Source: Chloroflexota bacterium (GTDB lineage: Bacteria > Chloroflexota > Anaerolineae > Aggregatilineales > Phototrophicaceae). Taken from it: a stretch of 64,000 nucleotides of DNA. The notes below the pieces were generated by a model, which searched no databases, had not been told where the DNA came from, and was given only the letters and a program-made list of their open reading frames with translations. The DNA lies in assembly GCA_016223085.1 (NCBI GenBank), contig JACRPS010000014.1:73269-137268 (forward strand), read 5' to 3'. Of this stretch, positions 28,212-38,741 are shown piece by piece (position 1 is the stretch's first letter; every line of letters starts with the position of its first letter). Both the position numbers and the translations under genes were made by a program.

Positions 28212-30068
28212 TTACCGGTCCGTCTCACCCAGTACGATGTCAATGCTGCCCAGAATCGCCACCACGTCCGCGACCTTGTGGCCGACGCACATCGGCCCCA
28301 GCGGGGTCAGGTTGATGAAGCTGGGCGCGCGCACGTGATAGCGCCAGGGATTCTGCGGGCCTTTTTCGTCACCGGCGGACACGACGTAGAAGCCAAGTTC
28401 GCCCTTCGGATTTTCAACGCGGCCATAGGATTCGCCCAGCGGCACACGCGGCGTGTGCTGCTTGTTGCCCGCAAAAATCGGTTCGCCCTTGGTGCGTTCC
28501 AGACGCGGCAGAAGCTGCTTGAGGATGCGCACGCTCTCGCGCATTTCGTCCAGCCGAATCAGGTAACGGTCGTAGATGTCGCCGTTGTAGCGCACCGCCA
28601 CGTCGAAGTCGAGTTCTGGGTAGATGCTGTACGGGTCAGCGCGGCGTACGTCATAGGGCACGCCGCTGGCACGCAGCAGCGGGCCGGCGGCGCTGTAAGC
28701 AATCGCCATTTCCGGCGGGAGATAGCCCACGCCGATGGTGCGTGCCTTGATGATTTCGCTGTCGGTGAGGAACGTGTCCAGCTCATCAATGGAGCGCGGG
28801 ATGCGCTCGTTGATGAGTTCCGTCAGGTAATCCATCGTATCGTAGTCGCGCATCATGTCGTTTATCTTGGCCGCGACGCTGTGAATCCGTTCCGGCAGGT
28901 CCTTAAAGACGCCGCCGAAGCGCATGTAGTTGCACATCATACGGCTGCCGGCGGTCGCCTCGAAGAAGTCGAGAATTTTCTCACGTTCGGCAATGGCGTA
29001 CAGGGCGGGCGTAAAGAACGCGCCCAGGTCATTGAGCAGGAAACCGATTGCCCAGTAGTGATTCACGATACGGGTGAGTTCCGTCATCAATACGCGAATC
29101 ACCTCAGCGCGGTAAGTGGGCGGCTGGTAGCGCGTGCCTTTCGATAAAAGCTGCTCGACGGCCAGCGCGTAACCAAGGTTGTTGCCCATGCTGCTGATGT
29201 AGTCCAGCCGGTCGGTGAAGGGCATGTTGTGCAGGAAAGTGTTACGCTCGCCAATCTGCTCGTGATTGCGATGCAGATAACCCATCACTGGCTCCAGCGA
29301 CTCAATCGTTTCGCCGTTGAGCGTCACAATCATGCGGAACACGCCGTGCGTGCTGGGGTGGTGCGGCCCCATGTTCACGACCAGCCGGTCGGTTTTCAGC
29401 GCCTCATCACTGTCAAGTTCCTGTATGCTGACACCCAGGCCGAGTTCGCTGTACAGCGCCTCCTCGGACCTGTCGGTGAGTTTGCTCAGGTCGAAGTCAG
29501 CCGGGTACTGAACGTTTTTGCCATAGACGTTACGTTCCTCAGCGCGGTACACCCAACCGTCCGGCCAGCGGCTGTCAAACGGCTTGTGTTCCTCGGTGTA
29601 ATATGGCTCTTTCCAGTCCTTCCGCATCGGGTGGCCTTCAAAGCCTTCCCACAGCAGGATACGCTTCAGATTTGGATGGCCGGGGAAACGGATGCCGTAC
29701 AGGTCGTAGGCCTCGCGTTCCTGGAAGTCCGCGCCAGGCCACACGTCAATTAGCGATGGGATTTCAGCGTTGTCGCGCGGGGTTTGCGCCTTAAACACTA
29801 GGGCCGGGCCGCCTGCCGTGCGGTAGGCGTGATACACCATCTCCATGTGATCGGAGATGCCGTAATAGTCAACAGCAGTCGCGCTGGACAGGTAATCAAA
29901 CCCCAGCTCGTCACGCAGCATCCGCGCGACTTCGACCAGGTAGTTACGGTCCACAATGATGCCGCTGTAACCCTGACGGGTATCTTCCTGGATGTACTCC
30001 GGGAATTTTTGCTTCAGGGATGTTACGGCTGCGCTAACGTCAGTTACTTCAATCGGATAATCCACCAT
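28212..30068 (-). CDS. nuoCD: Fused NADH-quinone oxidoreductase subunit C/D
   Basis: [22 protein letters not shown]...GHPMRKD (NuoC); [33 protein letters not shown] (NuoD). No NiFe CxxC motifs. Confidence 0.95.
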   Translation of the reverse strand: MVDYPIEVTDVSAAVTSLKQKFPEYIQEDTRQGYSGIIVDRNYLVEVARMLRDELGFDYLSSATAVDYYGISDHMEMVYHAYRTAGGPALVFKAQTPRDNAEIPSLIDVWPGADFQEREAYDLYGIRFPGHPNLKRILLWEGFEGHPMRKDWKEPYYTEEHKPFDSRWPDGWVYRAEERNVYGKNVQYPADFDLSKLTDRSEEALYSELGLGVSIQELDSDEALKTDRLVVNMGPHHPSTHGVFRMIVTLNGETIESLEPVMGYLHRNHEQIGERNTFLHNMPFTDRLDYISSMGNNLGYALAVEQLLSKGTRYQPPTYRAEVIRVLMTELTRIVNHYWAIGFLLNDLGAFFTPALYAIAEREKILDFFEATAGSRMMCNYMRFGGVFKDLPERIHSVAAKINDMMRDYDTMDYLTELINERIPRSIDELDTFLTDSEIIKARTIGVGYLPPEMAIAYSAAGPLLRASGVPYDVRRADPYSIYPELDFDVAVRYNGDIYDRYLIRLDEMRESVRILKQLLPRLERTKGEPIFAGNKQHTPRVPLGESYGRVENPKGELGFYVVSAGDEKGPQNPWRYHVRAPSFINLTPLGPMCVGHKVADVVAILGSIDIVLGETDR

Positions 30069-30073
30069 GTTCC

Positions 30074-30136
30074 TTAACCACCCTTCTGCGCCTTTTTCTG
30101 GCGGATTTTTTCCAGCATCGCCTGTTTATCGAACTT
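30074..30136 (-). repeat. C-terminal tail module B of NuoB ([20 protein letters not shown]-stop)
   Basis: Identical peptide to the NuoI C-terminus. Confidence 0.95.
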
Positions 30137-31078
30137 GCCCTTCTGGCCTTCGCTGGCGGTTGCCGTTGCAACGGTTGTCTCAGCGGCAGCCGCCGGCTGC
30201 GCGGCGGGTTCGGGCGCGGTGGCAACCTGACCAGCAACGGTGGCCTCGCCACCCTGGGCAGCGCGCTTGCGGGCCAGCGCCGCTTCGCGCTTGGCAAGCC
30301 GCGCGGCCTTTTCGGGGTCATCGGTGGTCGCAGCCGCTGGCGCCGCAACTGCCGGTGCTACCGCCTTCTTGGCAATGGCCTTCGGCGTGTCGGTGACTTT
30401 AATCGTCGGCGGTAGCTCGCGCACGCCGTAGGGTTTGCCCGCAGCCGCCAGTTCCGCCTGGCGACGAATCAGGTCCATCTGGCGCGGGTCAATGACGTCC
30501 GGACCGAGGATCGGAATCGGTGTCGGCTCGGACGGACCAACGCCGTACCAGGGCACGTCGTCGTGATTCGCCAGCGACTGGCCATCAATCTTCTTTTGCA
30601 GCGCGATCAGGCCGTAGAGCAGCGCCTGTGGCGTGGGGGGACAACCGGGCACGTACACGTCTACCGGCAAATACTGGTCAATGCCAGAGACAACATTATA
30701 CCCTTCCTTAAACGGCCCGCCGCCGCTGGCACATGCGCCCATCGCCAGCACGTATTTCGGCTCCGGCATCTGGTTATACAGGCGGACAATCGGCACGACC
30801 ATCTTTTTTGTAACCGTGCCGGACACAATCATCAGGTCAGACTGGCGCGGGCTGGCACGCATCACCTCCATGCCGAAGCGCGATAGGTCATACCGGGATG
30901 CGGCGGTGGCGATCATTTCAATTGCGCAGCAGGCCAGCCCAAACAGCAGCGGCCACACGGACGACCGCCGACTCCAGTTATAGATTTTGCTCAGGCTGGT
31001 GATGGCGATATTGCCCTGCAAATCATCCGGGATAGGAAATTCAGTGGTGTGCAACTCGCGCAGGTCGAGCTTTTCCAT
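30074..31078 (-). CDS. nuoB: NADH-quinone oxidoreductase subunit B with a long C-terminal extension
   Basis: [52 protein letters not shown]. Confidence 0.95.
   Translation of the reverse strand: MEKLDLRELHTTEFPIPDDLQGNIAITSLSKIYNWSRRSSVWPLLFGLACCAIEMIATAASRYDLSRFGMEVMRASPRQSDLMIVSGTVTKKMVVPIVRLYNQMPEPKYVLAMGACASGGGPFKEGYNVVSGIDQYLPVDVYVPGCPPTPQALLYGLIALQKKIDGQSLANHDDVPWYGVGPSEPTPIPILGPDVIDPRQMDLIRRQAELAAAGKPYGVRELPPTIKVTDTPKAIAKKAVAPAVAAPAAATTDDPEKAARLAKREAALARKRAAQGGEATVAGQVATAPEPAAQPAAAAETTVATATASEGQKGKFDKQAMLEKIRQKKAQKGG
30257..30319 (-). repeat. Tail module A of NuoB ([21 protein letters not shown])
   Basis: Identical peptide to NuoI 27312..27374. Confidence 0.95.
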
Positions 31079-31284
31079 TAAGATGTGACCTCCTCATACC
31101 ACTCCCGCAGAATTTCGTTGAGGATGCCATCGTTAGCGAGGGCGGGGTCATCGGCGAAATCAGGGAGCGTGACGATATAATGAAACAACTGCTCCAAACC
31201 CATCGTATCCAAATCTGCATCAGGGTAGGTTTCCATCAAGCTCAGGACAATCTCGTAGCTTGATTCCCAATACAGCTTACACAC
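31078..31284 (-). CDS. iscX: IscX (YfhJ)-like Fe-S assembly protein
   Basis: [10 protein letters not shown]...YPD...L...I..LPDFADDP...N..IL..I...WYEE follows the IscX pattern; TAATG overlap with the nuoB start. Confidence 0.85.
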   Translation of the reverse strand: MCKLYWESSYEIVLSLMETYPDADLDTMGLEQLFHYIVTLPDFADDPALANDGILNEILREWYEEVTS

Positions 31285-31359
31285 GGTTTCATACCCTGGT
31301 TATGATCTTACCAGACAGGCGGTTAAATTTCGAGCACAAAAGTCTCACCGCCGTCTGTT

Positions 31360-32859
31360 TTATTCCGTGCCGAGGACGGCGTCCGTATCTATCTGCGCCC
31401 GCTGCAGGCGACCGCTGTAATCCACGTACACGGCTTTCCACTCGGTGAACGAGTCCAGTGCCGTTTGCCCAGCCTCGCGCATCCCGTTGCCGGTGCCGCG
31501 CGTACCGCCAAAGGGGAACTGAATTTCCGCGCCGGTCGTGCCGTGATTGATATAGACAATACCGGTCGCCAGATCGCGGATGGCGCGAAAGGCCGCATTC
31601 ACGTTTTCGGTGAAGATGCTGCTGGACAGGCCATAAGCGACCTGGTTATTGATTTCAACCGCTTCATCCAGTGTTTCCACTTCGATGATGGACAGCACCG
31701 GCCCGAAGATTTCCTCGCGGGCGATGCGCATGTCCGGCGTCACATTGTCAAACAGGGTCGGCTGGTAGAAGAAGCCTCTGCCACCCATCGGGTCGGCAAA
31801 ACCGCCTCCGATCAGCAGCGTCGCGCCCTCGCTCCTGCCGATTTCAACATACTGGTGGATGCTCTCGCGGGCCGACCGGCTGACAACCGGACCAACCTGC
31901 ACCGATTCGTCCAGGCCGTAACCAAGTTTGAGCGATCTGGTTTTTTCATACAGCGCGTCCACCAGTTTACGGTGAATGCCCTTCTGCACGATTAACCGGC
32001 TGGTGGCGGTGCAGCGCTGGCCGGTGGTGCCAAAGGCGCTCCAGGTGATTGCCTCAACGGCCAGATCGAGATTCGCATCATCCATGACGATAATCGCGTT
32101 TTTGCCGCCCAGTTCCAGGCTGACCTTTTTGCCCAACTGTGCCGCCTGGGCATACATCCGGTAGCCAACTTCGGTCGAGCCGGTGAACGAAATCACGCGC
32201 ACGTCAGGATGGGTCGCAATCGCGTTCCCGACGGAACCTCCCGGCCCGACGATGATGTTCATGACACCCGGGGGCAGACCGGCATCCTCAAATACACGCA
32301 CAAATTCCGCGCCCAGCTTGGGGGTATCCGAAGCCGGCTTAAACACGACGCAGTTGCCGGCGATCAGCGCAGGCAGCGATTTCCAGCTTGGAATGGCGAT
32401 GGGAAAGTTCCAGGGCGTAATCAGGCCAACAACGCCGACCGGATCGCGGATTGCCATACCAAACTTGTTGGGCATTTCCACCGGCGCGGTATAACCCAGC
32501 AGTCGGCGGCCTTCACCACCAATGTAGAAGGCCATGTCAATCGCTTCCTGCACGTCGCCACGCGCTTCGGCAATGACCTTGCCCATCTCCTGCACCATCA
32601 ACCGGGCGATCGCTTCCTTACGCTCGATGAGCAGTTGGCCGACGCGGTACAGGATTTCCCCACGCCGCGGCGCGGGGGTCAGCCGCCAGCTTTTATAGGC
32701 CACTTTCGCGGCGGCAACGGCAGCGTTGACATCTTCAGGGCCGCTTTTGGCAACTTCAGCAACCACTTCTTCGGTAGCAGGATTGATGCTCTTAAACGTC
32801 TCGCCGGAACGTGCTGCAACCCATTCACCGCCGATGTAGTTTTTCACCAACTCAGACAT
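31360..32859 (-). CDS. NAD(P)+-dependent aldehyde dehydrogenase
   Basis: [37 protein letters not shown]. Confidence 0.95.
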   Translation of the reverse strand: MSELVKNYIGGEWVAARSGETFKSINPATEEVVAEVAKSGPEDVNAAVAAAKVAYKSWRLTPAPRRGEILYRVGQLLIERKEAIARLMVQEMGKVIAEARGDVQEAIDMAFYIGGEGRRLLGYTAPVEMPNKFGMAIRDPVGVVGLITPWNFPIAIPSWKSLPALIAGNCVVFKPASDTPKLGAEFVRVFEDAGLPPGVMNIIVGPGGSVGNAIATHPDVRVISFTGSTEVGYRMYAQAAQLGKKVSLELGGKNAIIVMDDANLDLAVEAITWSAFGTTGQRCTATSRLIVQKGIHRKLVDALYEKTRSLKLGYGLDESVQVGPVVSRSARESIHQYVEIGRSEGATLLIGGGFADPMGGRGFFYQPTLFDNVTPDMRIAREEIFGPVLSIIEVETLDEAVEINNQVAYGLSSSIFTENVNAAFRAIRDLATGIVYINHGTTGAEIQFPFGGTRGTGNGMREAGQTALDSFTEWKAVYVDYSGRLQRAQIDTDAVLGTE

Positions 32860-32970
32860 GACTGTTTCCTTGTAGCATGAAGATTAATAGTCGTGGTATG
32901 GGAGAGGACGATCACGTCGCCAAGTATACCGGAGCGCTGAATCGTTTGTCAAGAAATGCACAAATGGCGA

Positions 32971-34134
32971 TCAGCGTAATTCCGCGATGGGCAGAGCGAA
33001 GCGAAAAGTGCTGCCCTGGCCTTCCTCGCTGTCCACCTCAATACGGGTCTGGTGGCGGTCGAGGATGAAGCGGACAATCGCCAGTCCGATACCCATCCCA
33101 CCGTAGCGGCGGGTGGAAGAATTATCAATCTGGTAAAACGACTCGAAGATTTTTTCCAGTTTGTCGGCGGGGATGCCGATGCCGTAGTCGGTGGTGGAGA
33201 TCACAACATAACCCCCGTCGCGGTGCGCGGTGATGTCCACCGGCTGCTGGCTGAACTTCAACGCGTTATCCAGCAGCAGTTGTAGTACGGTGGCGATTCC
33301 CTGTTTGTCGGCCAGAACCGGCGGCAGATTATCGTCCAGTTGAACGCGGATGCGGTCAATCTGGTCTTTATGCTCCCAACTGCGGCGCAAATTACGGATG
33401 GCGTATTCGATCATTTCGCTGACCATAACCGCTGTCGGCGTGTGAACGTCCATGCTTTCGTTCAGCAGTTCGTTCAGCAGCGTGATATTGCGGACAACAC
33501 CTTCCAACCGGGCGGTTGCGCCGGTGGCATATTCAATCAGCTTGTTATCGCGGCCCACGTCTTCCGCCAGCAGCGACACAGCGGATTTCATCTGAAGCAG
33601 GGGCGTTCGCAGTTCGTGCGAGACGTTGCGGACAATCGCGTTTTTAAGCAGGTTCACCTCGTCGTTACGGCTTTGGTGGGCCATCACATCCTGCTTCAAC
33701 CGGCGATTGTCAGTCAGCAGGTCGCTGTTGGTGCGGCGGAGCTGGTGATTGGCCGCGCGCAAACTCAGGAAGGTGCGAAGCTGGTGCTCAAAAAACGGAA
33801 AGGCAATGGGGAACAGCAGCACATCGTCCAGGTTGAGCGCCGGCGTTGGTGGTGTATCACACGCCAGCACCAGCAGAGGCCGCTGGTCGCGCTCGGTGCA
33901 GTCGCAAATCGCACTATACAACTTCAGGCTGGCGTCACAGTCGCCGGCTGCGACCAGCGCATCGGGCTGCTGCGTACGGAGCAGACTCCAGGCGTCATCC
34001 ACCGTCCGCGCCACCAGCGTATCATAATGCAGGTTATGCAGTCGGGCAGGCAGGTCAGACAGCCAAGCGGACTGATCGCTCAGGAACAGCGTGACGATGG
34101 TCGGCGTGTGACCATTTAGAGGAGCCTGGAACAT
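32971..34134 (-). CDS. Cytoplasmic sensor histidine kinase with a degenerate N-terminal receiver-like domain
   Basis: VSHELRTPL, LLDNALKF, DYGIGIP, FYQ...GGMGIGL; N-terminal QPDALVAA lacks the phosphoacceptor Asp. Confidence 0.85.
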   Translation of the reverse strand: MFQAPLNGHTPTIVTLFLSDQSAWLSDLPARLHNLHYDTLVARTVDDAWSLLRTQQPDALVAAGDCDASLKLYSAICDCTERDQRPLLVLACDTPPTPALNLDDVLLFPIAFPFFEHQLRTFLSLRAANHQLRRTNSDLLTDNRRLKQDVMAHQSRNDEVNLLKNAIVRNVSHELRTPLLQMKSAVSLLAEDVGRDNKLIEYATGATARLEGVVRNITLLNELLNESMDVHTPTAVMVSEMIEYAIRNLRRSWEHKDQIDRIRVQLDDNLPPVLADKQGIATVLQLLLDNALKFSQQPVDITAHRDGGYVVISTTDYGIGIPADKLEKIFESFYQIDNSSTRRYGGMGIGLAIVRFILDRHQTRIEVDSEEGQGSTFRFALPIAELR

Positions 34135-34219
34135 CTACCAACCCCGCAGTTGACACGGACGTTACAGACTCATCTTAACATAGTCTCTACTACTCCGGCA
34201 ATTGTGATGCCGTTATAAA

Positions 34220-35419
34220 TTACTGACAGCGCCCTAACGTTTGGCAAAGCTGATTGATATGCAGGCGGTCGTGCTGGGCGGTGAAGTGCGCCATTTCCAG
34301 CAGGGTGGTCAGGCCGAAGATGCTGTGCCGCGCCGGTCGCTGCCAGTCGTCGGGTCGCAGCGTCCGCAGCCAGGCCAGCGTGTCCAGCCGTTCGATAGCA
34401 AAACGGCGGGTGGCATTCTGGCCGTCGTCGTCACAGATGCGGGTGGCGCGCGCGCCGGATGGGGTGGGCGGCTCGGCCAGAAAGGGGTTGTTTTCCTTAA
34501 GGATGCGCTCCAGCCGGGCGCGGTGAACCCGGCGTTCGCTTTCCAGCAGGTGACAGATGATCTGAAGCGGCGACCACTCATCCGGGTCCGGATGCTGCTG
34601 CCAGTAGCGCGGCTTGGCGTCCGTCAGCGTGCCAAACAGTGCCGCCAGATTGCCGCGCATTTCCGGCTCGATCATCTCCGGCGTCAGCGGGCGCGGCGCG
34701 AGAGTGTCCAGCCAGTCCCCGGCGCGAACGGCAGCGAAAAAGTCTGACAGCGAACCGGCGGCGTCCGCCGGGCCGGTCGCGCCGGACGACTCCGACTGGA
34801 TGTGATAGGTAGACAGGCCGACCTGCTGCGCCGGTTGAATATCGTTTTTCAGACTGTCGCCAACCATCACTGCTTCGTCGGGTTCCACGCCGATGCGGGC
34901 AACCACTTCCGCGTAAAAGGCCGGGTCAGCTTTGGTCAGACGCATGGTATCGGCGTGGGTGACAAGCGCATAGACGCTAAAATCGTCGGGCAGCCCCGCC
35001 CACGTCAGCCGCTGCTGGATAGCCGCCGCCGGGTAAATGGGATTGGTGGTGATGGCAACGGCGTACTGCCGCCGGCGCAGTTCATCCACCAGCGCGGCGG
35101 CCTGCGGTATGGGTCGCACCTGCTCGCCCAGGGAAGGATACACCTCCCGGTGAAAATCCTCTAGCGCCGTGCGGATTTCCCAGACGGAGATGCCGGTTTC
35201 CCGGCACATCGTGCTCAGGAGCAGGTCCGTATTGGTCTGCTGCAAGTCGCGCGTCCCGGCCAGTGCACGAATCGCGGTGAGAAAGACACGGGACAGATCA
35301 CCGTGTCCCCACCGCTGGCCAAGATACTCCCCAACCAGACGCAGATAGGCTGCGGCGAACACGCGGTCGTCGTTTCGCAGCAGCGTATTGTCCAGGTCGA
35401 GCAGGACGGCCTTAATCAT
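34220..35419 (-). CDS. HAD-superfamily hydrolase fused to a DinB/YfiT domain
   Basis: DLDNT motif I, MVGDSLKND motif IV; WSPLQIICHL and HDRLHINQL DinB histidine triad. Confidence 0.85.
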   Translation of the reverse strand: MIKAVLLDLDNTLLRNDDRVFAAAYLRLVGEYLGQRWGHGDLSRVFLTAIRALAGTRDLQQTNTDLLLSTMCRETGISVWEIRTALEDFHREVYPSLGEQVRPIPQAAALVDELRRRQYAVAITTNPIYPAAAIQQRLTWAGLPDDFSVYALVTHADTMRLTKADPAFYAEVVARIGVEPDEAVMVGDSLKNDIQPAQQVGLSTYHIQSESSGATGPADAAGSLSDFFAAVRAGDWLDTLAPRPLTPEMIEPEMRGNLAALFGTLTDAKPRYWQQHPDPDEWSPLQIICHLLESERRVHRARLERILKENNPFLAEPPTPSGARATRICDDDGQNATRRFAIERLDTLAWLRTLRPDDWQRPARHSIFGLTTLLEMAHFTAQHDRLHINQLCQTLGRCQ

Positions 35420-35772
35420 TCGCCATCCGACTCCAGCGACTTAAAGAACACATCCAGCCCCGGACGTTCGGTGTTACAACGTTCGCAGCCCACGCGGGGG
35501 TCGTCAATTGGGATGCGGTGTTTCAAACAGGTCGCCGTCACCTCCATCTGCCGCCCGAGGCCAAGAAGCCTGGGTTTGATCGTCAGTTTCAGGTTGAGAT
35601 CAGGGCTGGCGTTGGCGTACAGAATTTCGGGAACGGGGCAGATGGCGCAGTAATGTGGACGCCAGGGCAGCGATTCCCGGTTGCCCTGGACAAGGCGGCA
35701 TTCCTGCACGCCGCGTCCCCGGTTATAGTCCTCATAGTAGAAGCGGCATTCCTTGCCTGCCGGTGTTCGCAT
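35416..35772 (-). CDS. Small Cys-rich hypothetical protein, possibly metal-binding
   Basis: Seven cysteines including CAICP and CERC pairs; overlaps the HAD-DinB start (ATGA type). Confidence 0.7.
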   Translation of the reverse strand: MRTPAGKECRFYYEDYNRGRGVQECRLVQGNRESLPWRPHYCAICPVPEILYANASPDLNLKLTIKPRLLGLGRQMEVTATCLKHRIPIDDPRVGCERCNTERPGLDVFFKSLESDGE

Positions 35773-35790
35773 GGATGGATAAACCTCATG

Positions 35791-38589
35791 TCAAACCTGG
35801 CGCGCTTGCAGCCAGTTCTTGGCGATTTCGGGTAGTGCCTGTAACGGGTCGTATTTAACGGTGCAGTCCGGCAGCGACTCCAGGAAACTGACGCCGTAAC
35901 TTTTGCTGATAATGCGGCGGTCAAATACCACCACGATGCCCCGGTCAGTGCGCGTGCGGATGAGCCGGCCAAAACCCTGCCGGAAACGTAGCACGGCGTC
36001 CGGTACGGCGTAGTTCTTAAAGCCATCGTGGTAGCTTTCCGACCGGGCGGCAAAGATCGGGTCGCTGGGCACGGCGAACGGCAGACGCGCGATCACCAGC
36101 GCGCTTAAGGCTTCGCCGGGCACGTCCACCCCTTCCCAGAAACTTTTGGTGCCCAGCAGCACGGCCCGTTCCGCCGACTTAAACCCATCCAGCAGCGCCT
36201 GGCGGCTGCTGCCTTCGCTCTGATCGTAGACGGTGATATTGCCGAGCGCCAGCCGAGGGGTGATGCTCTGCCGCGTCTGCTGGAGATGGGTGTAACTGGT
36301 GAACAGCACCATCATTCGCCCGTTGAGCGCGGCAGCCAGTTCGATCAGCCCGCGTTCAAACTCGCGCTGGTAGTTCGGTTCGTTGGGTTCCGGCATGTCA
36401 CTGGGAATAAATACCAGCGTTGAAGCGCGGTAGTCAAACGGCGACCCCAGTTCCAGCGTCCTGGCGTGTTCGGCGTGCAGCCGTTCGCGCAGGTAATCAA
36501 AGTTGTCTTCGGTTCGCAGCGTGGCGCTGGTCAGCACCACCGTGTCGGTGGTGTTCCAGATGTGCTGGTGCAGTGGCAGACCGACGTGCAGCGGCGCGCT
36601 GTTGATCGCAATGTAGCCGGGGTTCTGGCCGGTGCTGAGCCAGTAGATCATGTTGTCCGCCGGTTCGAGCGTAAAAGCCGTTAGCTGTGCCCGAATCTCG
36701 TTCAGGTGGCGCGCTGCTGCTCCGGCGCTGCTGACCAGATCGTGATAGTTTGGGATGTTGTCCCCGTCCAGCCGTGCCAAACCCTCTGTCAGGCGGAGCA
36801 TGGCGGCGCTGATGACCTCAAAAAACTCGTGCAGCGTTGTCCAGGCGGCCTGACATTGGGCAAACGCTGACTGTCCTCGAAACTGGGGCGTCACCCGAAG
36901 CTGAATCGTATAATCGCCATTGCGGTTATTGGTGGCGCTGTGAAGAAAGTCGCGGAAGGCGTTAAACAGCGCCTTCACGTGGACTTCCATCGCGCCAGTT
37001 GCCGCGCTGATGTGGCGGACAAACGTTTCCAGCCGGGCGAGCTGCTTATCCGGCACATAGCTGCGGACGCTGGCAAGCAGGTCGCCGAGCAGCCCCTTGG
37101 TTGGCCCGCCCAGATCGGCCAGCCGCCGCTGCAAGGTGGCTTCATCCAGCCGGAACGTCAGGCTGCTAGTGGCGGCTTCTTCCAGATGGTGCGCTTCGTC
37201 CACGATCAGGCGGCGGTACTCCGGCAGCACGCGGTTTTCGCCCATCGCGTCGGACAGCAGCAGCGCGTGATTAATGACCAGCAGGTGTGCCGACTCAGCG
37301 GCCTTGCGCGCTTTGTAAAATGGGCACGCGCCCTGCATCACCGTTCGACAGCGATCAAGCGTGCAACCTTCGTCCTCGGCGCTCAAACGGTGCCAGACAC
37401 TGTTTTCGACCGGCCCGCGCAGGCTGATCTCACCCCGGTCGCCGCTGGGGCTTTCCAGCAGCCACACCAGAATCTTAGCCAGCGTGCGCAGTTCGTCTAC
37501 GTGGGTTGGACGGCGGCGGCGCGCGGCGGCGAGGCGGCGCGGGCACAGATAATTGCTACGCCCTTTGAGCACGGCGGCGCGGACGGGAAGATCCAGCGCG
37601 GCGGTCAGCGCCGGGATGTCCTTCTGGATCAACTGGTCCTGCAGGTTGATCGTATTGGTGGAAATCACCACACGCTCACGGTTCTGCTCCGCCCACAGCA
37701 TCGCCGGTAGCAGGTAGGCCAGTGATTTGCCGGTGCCGGTGCCAGCTTCGATCATCACGTGCTGGCTGTCATTAAAGGCATCGGCCACCGCCCGCGCCAT
37801 GTTGATCTGTGGCAAACGTTCTTCATAGCCTGGAATGCGCTGCGCCAGCAGGCCGCCGTCGCGCAGCATGGTCTGCACACTGTCGCTGCTGATCGGCGTG
37901 ATCGTCGCTTCCGGGCGCAGCGGTTTGCCGGTGTCTTCCGGCAGGCCAAACCGTTCGATCATCTCCTGATCGGAAGGCAGTGGCGGCAGTGAACCCGCGC
38001 GGTGTTCGCGCAGCGCCGCCTCAAACACGTGGCGCGCGTCCCACTCCAGGCCCTGCGCTGCCATCGTGATTTCGTACAGCGTGGCGTAGGGCAGCGCCAG
38101 TACTTTTTCCCACAGCGCCCAGTAGAGCAGGGCGGCGGCGCGGGCATCATCCAGTGCGCGGTGAGCGTTGTCAAGGACAATGTTAAACTGACTGACCAGA
38201 CTGGCGAGGTTGTAGCGCGGCGCACGCGGCAGCACCACCGAGGCCAGATCGTAGGTATCTATGCGCAGGTTGGTCTGCAAAATGCCCTGCCGCGCCAGGA
38301 ACGCCAGATCGAAGGCCACGTTATGCGCGACTACCGGCGCATTGCCGACAAACGTGCGGATGGCCGGGATGACCTGCGCGATGGTGGGCGCGCCAAACAC
38401 GGCGTCCGCGTCAATACCGGTCAGGTAGGTGATGTGCGCCGGGATGGGACGACCCGGATTCACGAGGGTTTGATATTCTGCTGTGATGACGCCTTCCTGG
38501 ATTCGAACCGCGCCGACTTCGATAATCGCTTCGGTTTCCGGATCAAGGCCGGTGGTTTCGAGATCGAGGGCGACGAGTTCGCCGCGCAT
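35791..38589 (-). CDS. dinG: DinG-family 5'-3' helicase with N-terminal DEDDh exonuclease
   Basis: ALDLETTG...HNVAFD...HRALDDA; EAGTGTGKS, four Fe-S cysteines (YLC, EGC, DRC, GAC), VDEAHHL, QGFGRLIR. Confidence 0.93.
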   Translation of the reverse strand: MRGELVALDLETTGLDPETEAIIEVGAVRIQEGVITAEYQTLVNPGRPIPAHITYLTGIDADAVFGAPTIAQVIPAIRTFVGNAPVVAHNVAFDLAFLARQGILQTNLRIDTYDLASVVLPRAPRYNLASLVSQFNIVLDNAHRALDDARAAALLYWALWEKVLALPYATLYEITMAAQGLEWDARHVFEAALREHRAGSLPPLPSDQEMIERFGLPEDTGKPLRPEATITPISSDSVQTMLRDGGLLAQRIPGYEERLPQINMARAVADAFNDSQHVMIEAGTGTGKSLAYLLPAMLWAEQNRERVVISTNTINLQDQLIQKDIPALTAALDLPVRAAVLKGRSNYLCPRRLAAARRRRPTHVDELRTLAKILVWLLESPSGDRGEISLRGPVENSVWHRLSAEDEGCTLDRCRTVMQGACPFYKARKAAESAHLLVINHALLLSDAMGENRVLPEYRRLIVDEAHHLEEAATSSLTFRLDEATLQRRLADLGGPTKGLLGDLLASVRSYVPDKQLARLETFVRHISAATGAMEVHVKALFNAFRDFLHSATNNRNGDYTIQLRVTPQFRGQSAFAQCQAAWTTLHEFFEVISAAMLRLTEGLARLDGDNIPNYHDLVSSAGAAARHLNEIRAQLTAFTLEPADNMIYWLSTGQNPGYIAINSAPLHVGLPLHQHIWNTTDTVVLTSATLRTEDNFDYLRERLHAEHARTLELGSPFDYRASTLVFIPSDMPEPNEPNYQREFERGLIELAAALNGRMMVLFTSYTHLQQTRQSITPRLALGNITVYDQSEGSSRQALLDGFKSAERAVLLGTKSFWEGVDVPGEALSALVIARLPFAVPSDPIFAARSESYHDGFKNYAVPDAVLRFRQGFGRLIRTRTDRGIVVVFDRRIISKSYGVSFLESLPDCTVKYDPLQALPEIAKNWLQARQV

Positions 38590-38658
38590 AAAAACTCCGT
38601 GATGATCGGGGGAATGGTTAATTTTGCTAATGGTACTCAAGTATATCACAAGCCAGAT

Positions 38659-38690
38659 TAAAATACCCCTGTCGAAACCGGCAGGGGTAT
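38659..38690 (-). terminator. Intrinsic terminator after the PstS-like gene
   Basis: ATACCCCTG...CAGGGGTAT followed by TTTT on the minus strand. Confidence 0.6.
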
Positions 38691-38706
38691 CGGGCTTTCG
38701 CGTGTG

Positions 38707-38729
38707 GTAGGGGCATGCCATGCCCCTAC
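38707..38729. repeat. GTAG-type REP-like palindrome, copy 9
   Basis: GTAGGGGCAT-GCC-ATGCCCCTAC. Confidence 0.8.
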
Positions 38730-38741
38730 GATTATAATTAT

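Noticed and set aside
28212-31078. NuoB/NuoCD as a group 4 NiFe hydrogenase
   Set aside because: The large subunit lacks both nickel-binding CxxC motifs and ends in the NuoD-type DIVLGETDR.
31284-31292. Out-of-frame ATG (MKP…) 8 nt upstream of the iscX GTG, suggesting a frameshift
   Set aside because: The GTG start has a plausible AGGG RBS and gives a full-length IscX; reads would be needed to argue otherwise.
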